DNA of 64,000 bases, taken from positions 1,702 through 65,701 of the forward strand of contig UQYE01000003.1 in assembly GCA_900545145.1 (NCBI GenBank). The letters run 5' to 3'. The notes below the pieces were generated by a model. It was not told where the DNA came from. It ran no database searches and saw only the letters and a list, made by a program, of their open reading frames with translations. Both the position numbers and the translations under genes were made by a program. The stretch is from an uncultured Collinsella sp. (lineage in GTDB: Bacteria > Actinomycetota > Coriobacteriia > Coriobacteriales > Coriobacteriaceae). Below are positions 18,550 through 28,295 of the stretch, one piece after another; the first letter of the stretch is position 1, and each line of letters starts with the position of its first letter.

Positions 18550-21500
18550 ATGGCTACGTGGGAACTGAGCTGTCAATCGAATCCGTCGTCTGCGAGCGAC
18601 AAGGAACTTGTCCCCTATCTTGCGCGCCAAAAGGCGATGCGCGAGTTTTTTGAGCGTGCGCTGTTTGTCCCCCAGGACCAGAACGACGCTAAGGATCAGG
18701 ACAACAACGGCCTGTACTTTTTGGGTGCCACGACGGGCTCGGGCAAAAACTACACGGCCGAACAGGTCACGGCGGACCTGATCGCCGGTGGCTGGGATGA
18801 GTCGGGCTGTTTTAACAAGTGTCCCGGCCGCCGTACCTTGGTGTTTGTTGTTCCGGGTAAAGACAATCGCGACAACTATGTTGCAAGCGTGCGTGAATTG
18901 TTGGCTGGCCAGGGCATGAGTTGTGATGAAGCGGCACGCATGGTGTTCGATCTTCCGCGTGCTGGGGAGAACATCACAAACTGGATTGACACCGCGTTTG
19001 GCAAGGGCAGCATGAGGCCGCGTGACATTCCTTGCCCCTTTGGAGCGAAGGACGAGGTCGTTCTTCGCGACATTATGCACGCGTGGAACAGCGCGATGGA
19101 GATCGCTGATGATCTTTTGGGCATTTTGGACAAGAAGGAGCGTCTGGGAAGTGTCGTCGACCGCCTCACTCCAGGGCTGTGGGATAAGCTGGCGTTGGCA
19201 GACGCGAGCTTACGCCGAGCGGTGAGTCGTGGACGTCAGAGCATCACGCATGGCTTTGAGGTGATTCCCCAGATTTGGCCCTCGGCATTGCTTAACGATA
19301 AGCGCATGCCGCATGCGATCGCGTGCACGCCGCAAAAACTCGTCAATAGAATCGATACGGTGACGGGCGCGGGTGTCGTGTTCTTTAACGCAACGGTTGC
19401 CGACGAGTGCCTGTTTATCTTTGACGAGATCGACCATGCGAAGGCCGACATGCTGTCGATGCTGGCGGCGGACCATATGAAATTCCAGCCCGATGAGATG
19501 CTGCGCATCCTTGACCGTCATTTTAATGGTGGCGTGGTGGATCCTTTGCTGCTGGGAAATCGAGACCAGTGGATGGCGGTCTATACGCACGCCTCAACCT
19601 CGGACGAGCACGAGGGGTCAAATGCGGCAACGGGCAAGGTTTCGCGAGCGAGTGTCGAGGAGACTGCCGAAGAGATTGCCAAGGGCGCCCAGCGTATTCA
19701 AAAGATGATTGCTGCGTGTATTCAGGATATGGAGCTGCAGCAGCCTTTTGCCCTGTCTGACGAGGCGAAAGACGAGCAGCTTGCCGGTCGTCGCCTGTTT
19801 GGCAACGACGATGTCTCGGTGGGCGATGGCCTGTCGAAACCCTTGCGCTATGAGTTCGATGCTCGCCGCAACCGCAATATGATTACGTCATGTGGGGCGG
19901 ACGAGCAGCAGACCGTTAACAAGGCGGTGCGACGTGCGCGCGGCCTCGTCAGGATGGTGGTGGGCCATCTTGCCCGCTGCGCCACGCTTATGGACAAGCT
20001 GTACTACGGCAGCATTTCGTACAAGGACGATCTTTCGCGCAAGAACATCATCGATGCTCTGGGTGTTAGGAACGAACAGACCAACGAGAAAAACTTCTGG
20101 AATTCGTTGATGCTGGCGCTGTTCTTTAAGGATCGCAAGAACGACGAGATCGATGCCGTTGACGATTCGATATACGCACGCGGTGTTAACTACCTGGTGA
20201 TGGAAACGACCATCGACCATATGTTAACCACGTACCTGACCAATCATGGCATTGAGCGCATGCCCGAGGCGTATCTGGCGTCCATTGCCGCCAAGGCTCC
20301 CTGCGTATGTATGAGCGCCACCTGGAATGCGCCGACCATTAAGAACTTCGACCTGGATTATCTGGACGAAGTGCACGGCGTGGTTCGTAAAGATGCTTGG
20401 ATTGGCGAGCTCAACCAGGAGATCGTGCGACAGACCAGGCTGTTCAACAAGCAGGCGGCAACGGTGTATGACGTCGACGTCGTTTGGGTCGACGAGTCCA
20501 AGAAGCTTGCCGGCATGGCGGCCGTGGCCGGCGGCGCCTATGGCGGCGGTATCGTGTCGCCCGACGAGGTGTACGAGCGTGCGATGGAATTCTTTGACCA
20601 GATTGGCGTGAGCGAAGGGCTTGCGGTGTGCCTTCGCCGAAAGATTGCCGACAGGGTGACCACGAGCGATGCCGAAAGCATCGAGTTTGAACTAAAGCGT
20701 CTGAGCAAGACGCTCGTTGCCGTGAGCGCCTGGGCGCGTGGCGTGGCGCGCAGTGAGCAGCAGGCGGGAGCCATCTTTACGACACGACACATGGGAAACC
20801 ATGGCGACTTTAATAGTTTGGCGCTGGATCTTGCCCGAGAAATCGTTGCCGAACTGGTGATTAGGAACGTTAAGCACCCCGAGGCGTCGTACGAGAAGTC
20901 GCTCGAGGAGGCCAAGGATATGGTTCCGTGCTTTAATGCCTCCGGCTGGGAGGAGGGCTGGCGCGCCGCTCAGGAACGTCTGAAGAATGGCGAGCCGACC
21001 CTGATGTTTATCAACCTTGCCGCTGGTGGCTTTTCCAAGAATCTTAAATACGAGGTGCCGGAGAGCCTGCGTGACGCGGTGCGCCAGGTCGATTGTGGTT
21101 TTGACAACGCTGAGCGACACCCCAAGATGGACCTCGATTTTTTGTACGTGGAGTCGCCTACGAGCCGTTTGACCTGGGGAGTCGATATTAGCTCAAAGAA
21201 GTTTGACCAGCAGGCACTGCTTGGCGTGGTCGAACAGGAGGAGCTCGTGGCGCGCGGCGAGATTCCGTTTATCCAGAAGCGCCATCGCGTGCGCACGGTA
21301 CTGGCGGGCGTCGGTGGAAAACTGCCGGTGCGCGACACCCTCTCTTACCAGGTCGAAGGCGCTCGCATCGTGGCGCAGGCCGTGGGTCGCTTGATGCGTA
21401 CGAGCGTAAAGATGCCGCACGTGCAGGTGATGCTCGATCGCGAAATCACCGCCGATTGCGATTTTTCGTTCTTGCACGATTTGCCGATGGGCTACGAGCT

Positions 21501-22500
21501 GGAGCAGGTGGTTGGCGCCTGTGCGGCCGTCAACAATCACATGGCGGACAAGAAGCAGCACGCTGCCAGCAAGCAGCAGAACCTTGCTGCCTTTAGGAAC
21601 AACCTGGCGAAAGAGAAGCACGAAAAGCTGGCATGGAAGGTTACCTCCCTCGATGCGCGCGAGGAAGATCTGGCCGCCTTCGATGGCGAGCGCGACTTTT
21701 ATCTGCATCATTTTTGCCTGCCGTGGGAGGACCTCGCAAGCTATCCTGCGCGCAAAAGCACCGCACTGCACATGCCGTTTGCCGCGAGTGGCTATGCGTA
21801 TGCGCAGGGCGGAGCGTGTAAGGTGCCGCATTTTGAGTTTCCCAGCTATGAGGGTGAACCTGTCGAGCAGATTGCTGCCCGCCTGGAGGAGCGCTGCCGC
21901 TATAACGAGGGCTTAAAGGGCGCGAAGGTTCGCCAGGTAAGCCAGATGGCTGCTCGTGTGTCCGAGCTGCTCTCAATTCGCGAGGTGCGCGAGCGCTGGT
22001 CGCGCGACGGGGTGCCTACGACGTTGCAGCCGGCGGCGACGGTGCACATGACGCCCTATATGTTCCAAGCGGTATACCTTGGAGAGCTGGGCGAGTCTGC
22101 CGGCAGGGCCATCTTTGAGGCGTATTACGACGGGTGTTATTCGCTTACTCGTGGTGATGCGGCCCATGCCGAGACAGGCGGCGATTTTGAGGTGCTCGAT
22201 GCCGCCGGCAACAAGACCGGGGTGTGGATCGACTTTAAGCACTATCGTATCGGCGCCTATGAGGCCTACAGGCGCAACGGCGGCGATGCCACGGATGCCG
22301 AGCGCTTTAAGGCCAAGGCCCAAAAAGTTGGGGCGAAGCGCCTGTTGATCGTCAATGTTTTGGCCGATGAAGCGGCGCTGGAGCTCCGCCAAAAGACAAT
22401 CGATGACGAGGGGATGGTCTACTCCTTCCCCTATATGGCAGCTGATGGAGCAATCAGTCTGGAGATGATGGAGGCGATCGGCCGTGCAATCGAAGCATAA
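18550..22500 (+). CDS. SF2 helicase fused to C-terminal PD-(D/E)xK nuclease (DdmD-like)
   Basis: GGAGG RBS + ATG 18550; Walker A GATTGSGKN, Walker B FIFDEID, motif III CMSAT, motif VI QAVGRLMR; nuclease YLGELGE...GGDF...WIDFKHY. Confidence 0.85.
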   Translation: MATWELSCQSNPSSASDKELVPYLARQKAMREFFERALFVPQDQNDAKDQDNNGLYFLGATTGSGKNYTAEQVTADLIAGGWDESGCFNKCPGRRTLVFVVPGKDNRDNYVASVRELLAGQGMSCDEAARMVFDLPRAGENITNWIDTAFGKGSMRPRDIPCPFGAKDEVVLRDIMHAWNSAMEIADDLLGILDKKERLGSVVDRLTPGLWDKLALADASLRRAVSRGRQSITHGFEVIPQIWPSALLNDKRMPHAIACTPQKLVNRIDTVTGAGVVFFNATVADECLFIFDEIDHAKADMLSMLAADHMKFQPDEMLRILDRHFNGGVVDPLLLGNRDQWMAVYTHASTSDEHEGSNAATGKVSRASVEETAEEIAKGAQRIQKMIAACIQDMELQQPFALSDEAKDEQLAGRRLFGNDDVSVGDGLSKPLRYEFDARRNRNMITSCGADEQQTVNKAVRRARGLVRMVVGHLARCATLMDKLYYGSISYKDDLSRKNIIDALGVRNEQTNEKNFWNSLMLALFFKDRKNDEIDAVDDSIYARGVNYLVMETTIDHMLTTYLTNHGIERMPEAYLASIAAKAPCVCMSATWNAPTIKNFDLDYLDEVHGVVRKDAWIGELNQEIVRQTRLFNKQAATVYDVDVVWVDESKKLAGMAAVAGGAYGGGIVSPDEVYERAMEFFDQIGVSEGLAVCLRRKIADRVTTSDAESIEFELKRLSKTLVAVSAWARGVARSEQQAGAIFTTRHMGNHGDFNSLALDLAREIVAELVIRNVKHPEASYEKSLEEAKDMVPCFNASGWEEGWRAAQERLKNGEPTLMFINLAAGGFSKNLKYEVPESLRDAVRQVDCGFDNAERHPKMDLDFLYVESPTSRLTWGVDISSKKFDQQALLGVVEQEELVARGEIPFIQKRHRVRTVLAGVGGKLPVRDTLSYQVEGARIVAQAVGRLMRTSVKMPHVQVMLDREITADCDFSFLHDLPMGYELEQVVGACAAVNNHMADKKQHAASKQQNLAAFRNNLAKEKHEKLAWKVTSLDAREEDLAAFDGERDFYLHHFCLPWEDLASYPARKSTALHMPFAASGYAYAQGGACKVPHFEFPSYEGEPVEQIAARLEERCRYNEGLKGAKVRQVSQMAARVSELLSIREVRERWSRDGVPTTLQPAATVHMTPYMFQAVYLGELGESAGRAIFEAYYDGCYSLTRGDAAHAETGGDFEVLDAAGNKTGVWIDFKHYRIGAYEAYRRNGGDATDAERFKAKAQKVGAKRLLIVNVLADEAALELRQKTIDDEGMVYSFPYMAADGAISLEMMEAIGRAIEA

Positions 22501-24379
22501 CCAGCCGTGTGGCCTGGGAGACATCGCTGTGTCCGAGCTTGTGTTGCAGCTCGATGCCGCGGCTGCCGAGAAGCGCTACTCGGTCTTTTGGTGCAACGTT
22601 GGCGATGCAGGCAAGCATGCCGTGGCGGACTTTATGGCCGATGTGTGCCAGACGGGCAAGGTCGTGGCGCTCACCCAGCTCGAGGACAACCGCGTCTTTC
22701 TGATGGTCAAGGCGGGCGCGCAGACGGGCGACCTTAACGCCCCGCTCGCCCATGAGCAAATGGTTCCGATTAAAACTCATTGGGACGAGCTGGAAGATTG
22801 CGTCGTGTTGCGCCTGCTATTCAACTCTTGCTCGCAGTTTGAGGGGGTCGAGGACGAGATTCCCAATGACACGGGACACCTGTATGTCATTAGTGCCAAG
22901 GGCGACCGCCGCGACGCCATTGAGGAAGCAGGAACGGGCCCTGCCAAGATTGAGACGGTCGAGACTGTTATCAACGAGGACTGCACCTTTGAACTTAAGA
23001 TCCGAACGTTTGCCAAGCGGCGGGTGCTCATCGGTCGTGCGGCAGGCGACAAGCTGGAACTCGAGAAGATCAACAGCCAGGTGGGTTACAGGCTGTCGCC
23101 TGTGGCTACGGTGGTGCTGGCTCACGGACAAAGCGATGAGTATATCCTGCGCCGTGCCAAGGGCGATAAGCCGTCCAAACGCCGTGACCTTACGTTTTCT
23201 GCCCAGGCGGAAAAGGTCGCCTATACCAAGAAGGGAATCCTGTACCGAGAGCTGCAGATTCTTGAGCGTCGGTACAGCGATTTTGCCCAGGTGTCGCTCA
23301 GAGAGTATCCGCGTAAGAGCTTCTACGAGGTTTTGAAAAGTGAGCAATATGCCCGCGTGGTTGCGGAACGTTCGGTGGGGCAGCGGGTCGTGGTGTCGTT
23401 TGCGCGCAAAGGGCTTGCCGGGGTCGCGCGCAAACTCGCCGATCGACTCAGCGATACCTCCTGGGATGTGCGCGCGTCGTATGACGGCAGAGTTGTTGAT
23501 CCGTTGGCTTGGAATCTGGTTGTTGTGCCTAACGAGGTTGCCGAGAACGATGGCTATGCCCTGCACGCTGGGGTGGTGGAACAGCATGTGACGCCGGATG
23601 TGTGCGAGCCGCTGTTTAAGGCGGCGTCGAATGCAAAGGTGCGCGGCGCACAGGAGGGGATCCTGGGGGCCATGCTCAAAGAGCTGCTGGTTAAGCAAGA
23701 TGTTGCCGACGGACGGGTGAGGGCGTTTGACCTTGGCTCTTTTGGCGTTGGGTCGGTGACGGTCTGCGGCGTGGCCAATGTTGCGCGCAAGGAGAAGGAT
23801 AAGGTTGAGCTGGATGAGCGCCTTGCGACGTTGACGATCGGTGCGGACGGGGCCATGGACTACGCCTCACATCCGATCGAGGACGGTCCCGTGGACGAGA
23901 TGGAGCTTGAGCTGCTGACGGCCGAGGGTAAGCTCGACAAGGACGCCTATATCTTTGACGTGCGGGCGGGCGGACGCGCTATGCTCGCACGCGTGCGGGA
24001 TACGGGCTTGACGACCTTCTCTAGCGACTTCGTGAACTTGGTGCGCGATTACCAGCTTACGGGTAAGGCGGGTCGTAAGAAGGAGTTTTTCGAGAGTTAC
24101 AACTCGCCCTATTACGGCATTGGAACGTTCGAACGCGCAGGGATGACCTGCTACTTTGTCGGCGTCAACAACGGCACCAAAGAGGATGTGGCAACGGCGA
24201 TCCATGTACGCTCGATTGAGGTGCTCGAAGGTGATGATCTGTCCGAGCTGCTGGTTCAGCTGGTCAATGTGGGGCTTTCGCGCTACGGAGCTCCCTCCAG
24301 GTGGCCGATTCCGGTCAAGTATCTCAACGAATATGCTGCGCGTGAGGGCGCGGCGGGGGATGTCGGTGGCGGCAAGTGA
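22484..24379 (+). CDS. Divergent prokaryotic Argonaute-like protein (DdmE-like)
   Basis: GTG start with GGAGG RBS overlapping the helicase stop; MID-like Y..(V)EQHVT...LKELLVKQD and PIWI-like C-terminus RYGAPSRWPIPVKYLNEYA; size and context fit. Confidence 0.72.
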   Translation: MQSKHNQPCGLGDIAVSELVLQLDAAAAEKRYSVFWCNVGDAGKHAVADFMADVCQTGKVVALTQLEDNRVFLMVKAGAQTGDLNAPLAHEQMVPIKTHWDELEDCVVLRLLFNSCSQFEGVEDEIPNDTGHLYVISAKGDRRDAIEEAGTGPAKIETVETVINEDCTFELKIRTFAKRRVLIGRAAGDKLELEKINSQVGYRLSPVATVVLAHGQSDEYILRRAKGDKPSKRRDLTFSAQAEKVAYTKKGILYRELQILERRYSDFAQVSLREYPRKSFYEVLKSEQYARVVAERSVGQRVVVSFARKGLAGVARKLADRLSDTSWDVRASYDGRVVDPLAWNLVVVPNEVAENDGYALHAGVVEQHVTPDVCEPLFKAASNAKVRGAQEGILGAMLKELLVKQDVADGRVRAFDLGSFGVGSVTVCGVANVARKEKDKVELDERLATLTIGADGAMDYASHPIEDGPVDEMELELLTAEGKLDKDAYIFDVRAGGRAMLARVRDTGLTTFSSDFVNLVRDYQLTGKAGRKKEFFESYNSPYYGIGTFERAGMTCYFVGVNNGTKEDVATAIHVRSIEVLEGDDLSELLVQLVNVGLSRYGAPSRWPIPVKYLNEYAAREGAAGDVGGGK

Positions 24380-24423
24380 TGGTGTCGCGCAATTATCGCT
24401 CCTAGAACTTTTTGAAATTATGC

Positions 24424-24452
24424 TTGCATTGTAAAAGGGGAGAACATATACT
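24424..24452 (+). promoter_or_regulatory. Sigma70-type promoter
   Basis: TTGCAT-N17-TATACT. Confidence 0.6.
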
Positions 24453-24532
24453 GCAGCCATAGCACATCAGATGGGGTCTCAAAAAGAGACCAAGCAAATG
24501 AGTTTTCAGTTTATGTTGAGAGGTACTTGAGC

Positions 24533-24727
24533 ATGACCAGCAGAATTTTCCCCCTTTACAACGACAATACCGACCATATCGATCTCAATACCATCTGCGG
24601 TTACAGTATTTGTTCTAAGGCCGAGAACTACATGTTTGCTCAAGATGATTCAGAGCTTAGCTCCGAAGATTATGAGTACATGAATGATATTGAGCGCGAG
24701 CGGGAGTATGAGCTCGGCATCCGCTGA
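24533..24727 (+). CDS. Small acidic protein (64 aa)
   Basis: GAGAGG RBS and upstream consensus promoter; D/E/Y-rich. Confidence 0.5.
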   Translation: MTSRIFPLYNDNTDHIDLNTICGYSICSKAENYMFAQDDSELSSEDYEYMNDIEREREYELGIR

Positions 24728-24848
24728 TGGATGTGGGCTTGTCTCCAACTCCTCCGATTTAATTACCCCGTTATCACCTCTTTTTAGCGGGGCAAGTTAG
24801 ATCGACTATCTGTGTCAAACAACGGCTCACCGTGGGAAGGAATCGGCA

Positions 24849-27800
24849 ATGAGCAAGAACATGAACAAGGACATGAACGGCAAGGCCTTGGGTAAGGCCA
24901 GGGCGGCTGGGCGCGTGGCGACGGTTGCTGCGGCGACGATTGCCATGACGGGCGGCTCGCTGCTGTCGCCTCTGACCGCGGCGGCGCAGGGTGCGGATGG
25001 CATTGGCGCCGCGGGCGCAACGGCTGCGGTGATGTCGCCGCTGACGAGCGCTGCGGCCGCCGGTACTGGCGCGGGTGCCGTGTCTGCAGCGCAAAAGGTC
25101 GCCGACCTGCAGGCTGCAGTTGATGCGGCGCGCGCTAAAGCTGCTACCGCCAAGGCCGATCTGGAAGCGGCTGCCGCTCCCTACGATGCTGCCGCCGTCA
25201 ACCAGCAGCAGGCGCGGGGCGCCTATGACGCGGCCCGCGGTGCGAGCGATAGCGCGGCCTCCGCTGCTTCGGCCGAGCTGGAAAAGCAGCTGGGCGCTGC
25301 GCAGGACAAGGCCGATCAGGATGTCAAGGCGTTTGAGGACGCTCAGGCTGCGCTCGATGCTGCCAAGAAGGAGCTGGCGGACAAGGATGAAGCCCTGACT
25401 GCTGCCCAGAGGGCATCCCGTGATGCCCAGTCTGCGCTTGAGGCCGCACAGGCTGCTGCATCCGATGCTACGCCCGAGGCTGTAGCTGCCGCCCAGGCTG
25501 CCGCAGGGCAGGCTGCGAGTGACCTGGAACAGGCGAAGCAGCAGGTCGTTGATGCGCAGGCCAAGCTCTCGGATGCTCAAGACGCTGCCACTGCCGCCGC
25601 TGCCAAGCAGCAGGACGCGCAGGGCAAGCTTTCGGCAGCTCAGCAGGCAAAGGCCGCGGCAGATGCGGACGTGGATGCCGCGCAGACGAGCTATGACGCG
25701 GCCAAGGCCGATCTGGATCGAGCCGAGCAGGGCGCCGCGGGCCCGGAGTACGAGGCCGCCAAGGCAAAGGTGGCTGCTGCGTCCGAAGCGCTGACGGCCG
25801 CCAAGGCCGCGCAGTCGAAGTGCGAGAGCGAGCTTGCTGCCGCTGAGCAGGACGTTGCCGCCGCCGAGGGCGAGGTTCAGACTGCTCAGCAGGCAGTTGC
25901 CGATCAGCAGCAGGCCGCTGCCGATGCCCAGTCAAAGCTGGATGCCGCCGCTGCTGCCAAGACCGCTGCCGACGCCGCTCTTGACCAGGCCAAGACCGAT
26001 CATGCCAGTGCGCTCACGGAGCTGGCCGATGCCCAGGCCAAGCTTTCGGCGGCCAAGGACGAGAAAGACGCTGCCGACAAGGCGCTCGATCAGGCGAAGG
26101 CCCAAAAGCAGCAGGCCGACCAGGCTGTGGCTCAGGCCCAGGCAAAGCTCGATGCCGCTCAGGCAACGGCGAATGCATCGGCGGAGAACTACCGCCAGGG
26201 TGCCATCGCATTCTTTAAGAGTGTGGGTGCCGACGATGCGGCGGATATCATCCTCAACTGCAAACTCGCTGGCTACAACAAGGTGGGCGAGGAAGTCGAC
26301 GCGACGAGCCTGACCAATATGAAGCAGGCGGTTGTGTGGCTCAAAGCGTGCAACGAGTATCGCGCAAGCGTTGGCCTAGGCGAGCTCAAGGTGACATATG
26401 CCATGATGGCGACCGCCATCGCCGACGCGAACTTCTCCGATACGAAGGTCGCGCACGCTCAGCAGTTTAACGTGGGCGAGAATGTGGCGTGGAACTACGG
26501 AAGCAATCCGTTTAAGCAGTGGGTCGATCAGGAGAAGGCCATCTTTGATGCTGCCGCCGCCTCGCTGGGCGCGTCGGGCCTTACGGGAAAGGCCGCTTAC
26601 GATTTCTATACAGCGCATAGCTCCCAGATTGATAACTACGCCGCACTGCACGGTGGACCAAACCCTTCGGTCGGACATTACATCAACGTGATCAACCCCG
26701 ATTACACCGTGACGGGCATGGGCGTTTGCACGCGAGGGACGCTGTACGGGAGTACACAGGCGCAAACATTTGTATATTCTGGTCAATGGTATAAGCCGTA
26801 TAACCTCAATCCGATGACGGTTGCAGAGTATGAGGCTGCGTTGAATGCGTGGTGTGACTCGTTGGCAAATCCCGAGCAGGGCGTGGATGCGGCACGCAAG
26901 GAGCTTGCTGTGGCGCAGGGCGTTGCCGACGATGCCGGCAGCAAGGTGAGTGCAGCATCGCAGGCCGTTGCAGCAAAGCAAACCCAGGTTGAGCGCGCTG
27001 CCGCTAACGTTGATGTCGCGGCAACCAAGGCCTCGGAGGCCCAGGCTGCCGTGGCGCAAAAGCAGGCTGCAGCTGACGCCGCCGCGCGTGCCGTCAGCGA
27101 TGCCCGCGCCGATTTGAGCGCTGCCAACGCCGCTGTTGCGGCAGCGCAGGACGCCGTGGCCGCCAAGTCTGGCGAGCTCGACATTGCCAAGGGCAAGGTG
27201 GCTGCTGCCAAGCGCGCACTGGACGCCGCTCGTGCCGGTGTTGGCGACAAACGGGATGCACTTGCCGCGGCCCAGGATGAGCTAGCGGCGTACTCAGCCG
27301 ATATCGCCGCTGCTCAGCGTGCGTTTGATGCGGCGTCGTCTGCACTCGAAAGCGCGCGTGCCAATCAGCGCGAGGCGGAGGCCGAACTTCTTGCCACCCA
27401 AGGCGATGCCGATCAGGCAGGCATCGATGCTGCTGCCACTCAGGTGGAGCTCGATATGGCGCAGCGGGCTGCAAGCGATGCCGACGCCGTCGTGGCAACG
27501 GCTCAGGCAAAATCTGATGCAGCTGCCGCCCGCGCCTCTCAGCTTAAGAATGCCGCCGCAGCACTTGCCAAGGCCACTGGGGACAAAGCGACTGCCGATG
27601 CCGCGCTCGATGCAGCGGCGATGGCCGTGAGCGATGCCGAGTATGACGTGGTGGAGGCTGACGATGCCGTGGTGGATGCGACTGTCGCGCGCGACGCCTC
27701 TGCCGCCGCGGTTGCCCGCCTGCGCAGAATCAATATTGCCGAAGCCATTGTCAACGGCAGCACTGACGATGCGGACGAGGTACTTAACGCCAAGATCGCT

Positions 27801-28199
27801 GCGGCCCACGATGCCGCCGAGCGTGCCGCGACCGCCAAGGCCGAACTCGATGACGCCGTGGCTGCGACGGATGCCGTGGCGCCGGCATACTTGGAGGCGC
27901 TCGCCAACTACACCGCCGCCAAGGTCGAGCTCGACCAGGCTATTGCCGAGCTTAACGCCGAGATCGCTCGCCAAGAGGCCGCCGACCGCGGAAACGGCGA
28001 GCAGACCCAGCCCGTCACGCAAGTGACGTACCAGGCCAAGCATGCGGAGGCAAAGACCGAGGCCACGACTTGGCAGACGGCGATGCCCGCCACGGGCGAT
28101 GCGTCCGAGCTGCTGGGTGAGACCTTCGTGATCGGCGGCACGGTCCTGGTGGCCGCCGGCGTATTCCTGTCCGATAAGCGCCGCCAGCTGATCCGTTAG
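24849..28199 (+). CDS. Sortase-anchored surface protein: Ala-rich coiled coils flanking a CAP/SCP domain
   Basis: Signal-like N-terminus; CAP motifs NEYRASVGL..L, HAQQFNVGENVAW, GHYINVINPDYTVTG; C-terminal MPATG + TM + KRR tail. Confidence 0.88.
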   Translation: MSKNMNKDMNGKALGKARAAGRVATVAAATIAMTGGSLLSPLTAAAQGADGIGAAGATAAVMSPLTSAAAAGTGAGAVSAAQKVADLQAAVDAARAKAATAKADLEAAAAPYDAAAVNQQQARGAYDAARGASDSAASAASAELEKQLGAAQDKADQDVKAFEDAQAALDAAKKELADKDEALTAAQRASRDAQSALEAAQAAASDATPEAVAAAQAAAGQAASDLEQAKQQVVDAQAKLSDAQDAATAAAAKQQDAQGKLSAAQQAKAAADADVDAAQTSYDAAKADLDRAEQGAAGPEYEAAKAKVAAASEALTAAKAAQSKCESELAAAEQDVAAAEGEVQTAQQAVADQQQAAADAQSKLDAAAAAKTAADAALDQAKTDHASALTELADAQAKLSAAKDEKDAADKALDQAKAQKQQADQAVAQAQAKLDAAQATANASAENYRQGAIAFFKSVGADDAADIILNCKLAGYNKVGEEVDATSLTNMKQAVVWLKACNEYRASVGLGELKVTYAMMATAIADANFSDTKVAHAQQFNVGENVAWNYGSNPFKQWVDQEKAIFDAAAASLGASGLTGKAAYDFYTAHSSQIDNYAALHGGPNPSVGHYINVINPDYTVTGMGVCTRGTLYGSTQAQTFVYSGQWYKPYNLNPMTVAEYEAALNAWCDSLANPEQGVDAARKELAVAQGVADDAGSKVSAASQAVAAKQTQVERAAANVDVAATKASEAQAAVAQKQAAADAAARAVSDARADLSAANAAVAAAQDAVAAKSGELDIAKGKVAAAKRALDAARAGVGDKRDALAAAQDELAAYSADIAAAQRAFDAASSALESARANQREAEAELLATQGDADQAGIDAAATQVELDMAQRAASDADAVVATAQAKSDAAAARASQLKNAAAALAKATGDKATADAALDAAAMAVSDAEYDVVEADDAVVDATVARDASAAAVARLRRINIAEAIVNGSTDDADEVLNAKIAAAHDAAERAATAKAELDDAVAATDAVAPAYLEALANYTAAKVELDQAIAELNAEIARQEAADRGNGEQTQPVTQVTYQAKHAEAKTEATTWQTAMPATGDASELLGETFVIGGTVLVAAGVFLSDKRRQLIR

Positions 28200-28221
28200 G
28201 GACAGGGAAGCGCGCTGTTTT

Positions 28222-28272
28222 TGGCGCGCACCGCAGGGGCATGGGCTCTGCGGCGCGCGCCGCCTTTTTCTT
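28222..28272 (+). terminator. GC-rich hairpin followed by T-tract
   Basis: GGCGCGCACCGCAG...CTGCGGCGCGCGCC then GCCTTTTTCTT. Confidence 0.55.
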
Positions 28273-28295
28273 CAAGATTGATTAAGGAGGGATAT

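Noticed and set aside
18351..18653. Frameshifted N-terminus of the helicase-nuclease
   Set aside because: ATG 18550 has its own well-spaced GGAGG and Walker A follows about 60 residues later, so no frameshift is needed.
18550..24379. Canonical pPIWI-RE, type I/III RM or Cas3 locus
   Set aside because: Helicase and nuclease are fused with the nuclease C-terminal, and there is no adjacent MTase, HsdS, HD domain or separate REase; a DdmDE-like layout fits better.
24849..28199. Phage tape-measure or SMC protein
   Set aside because: It has a signal-like N-terminus, CAP domain and sortase anchor, no Walker motifs, and no phage structural genes nearby.
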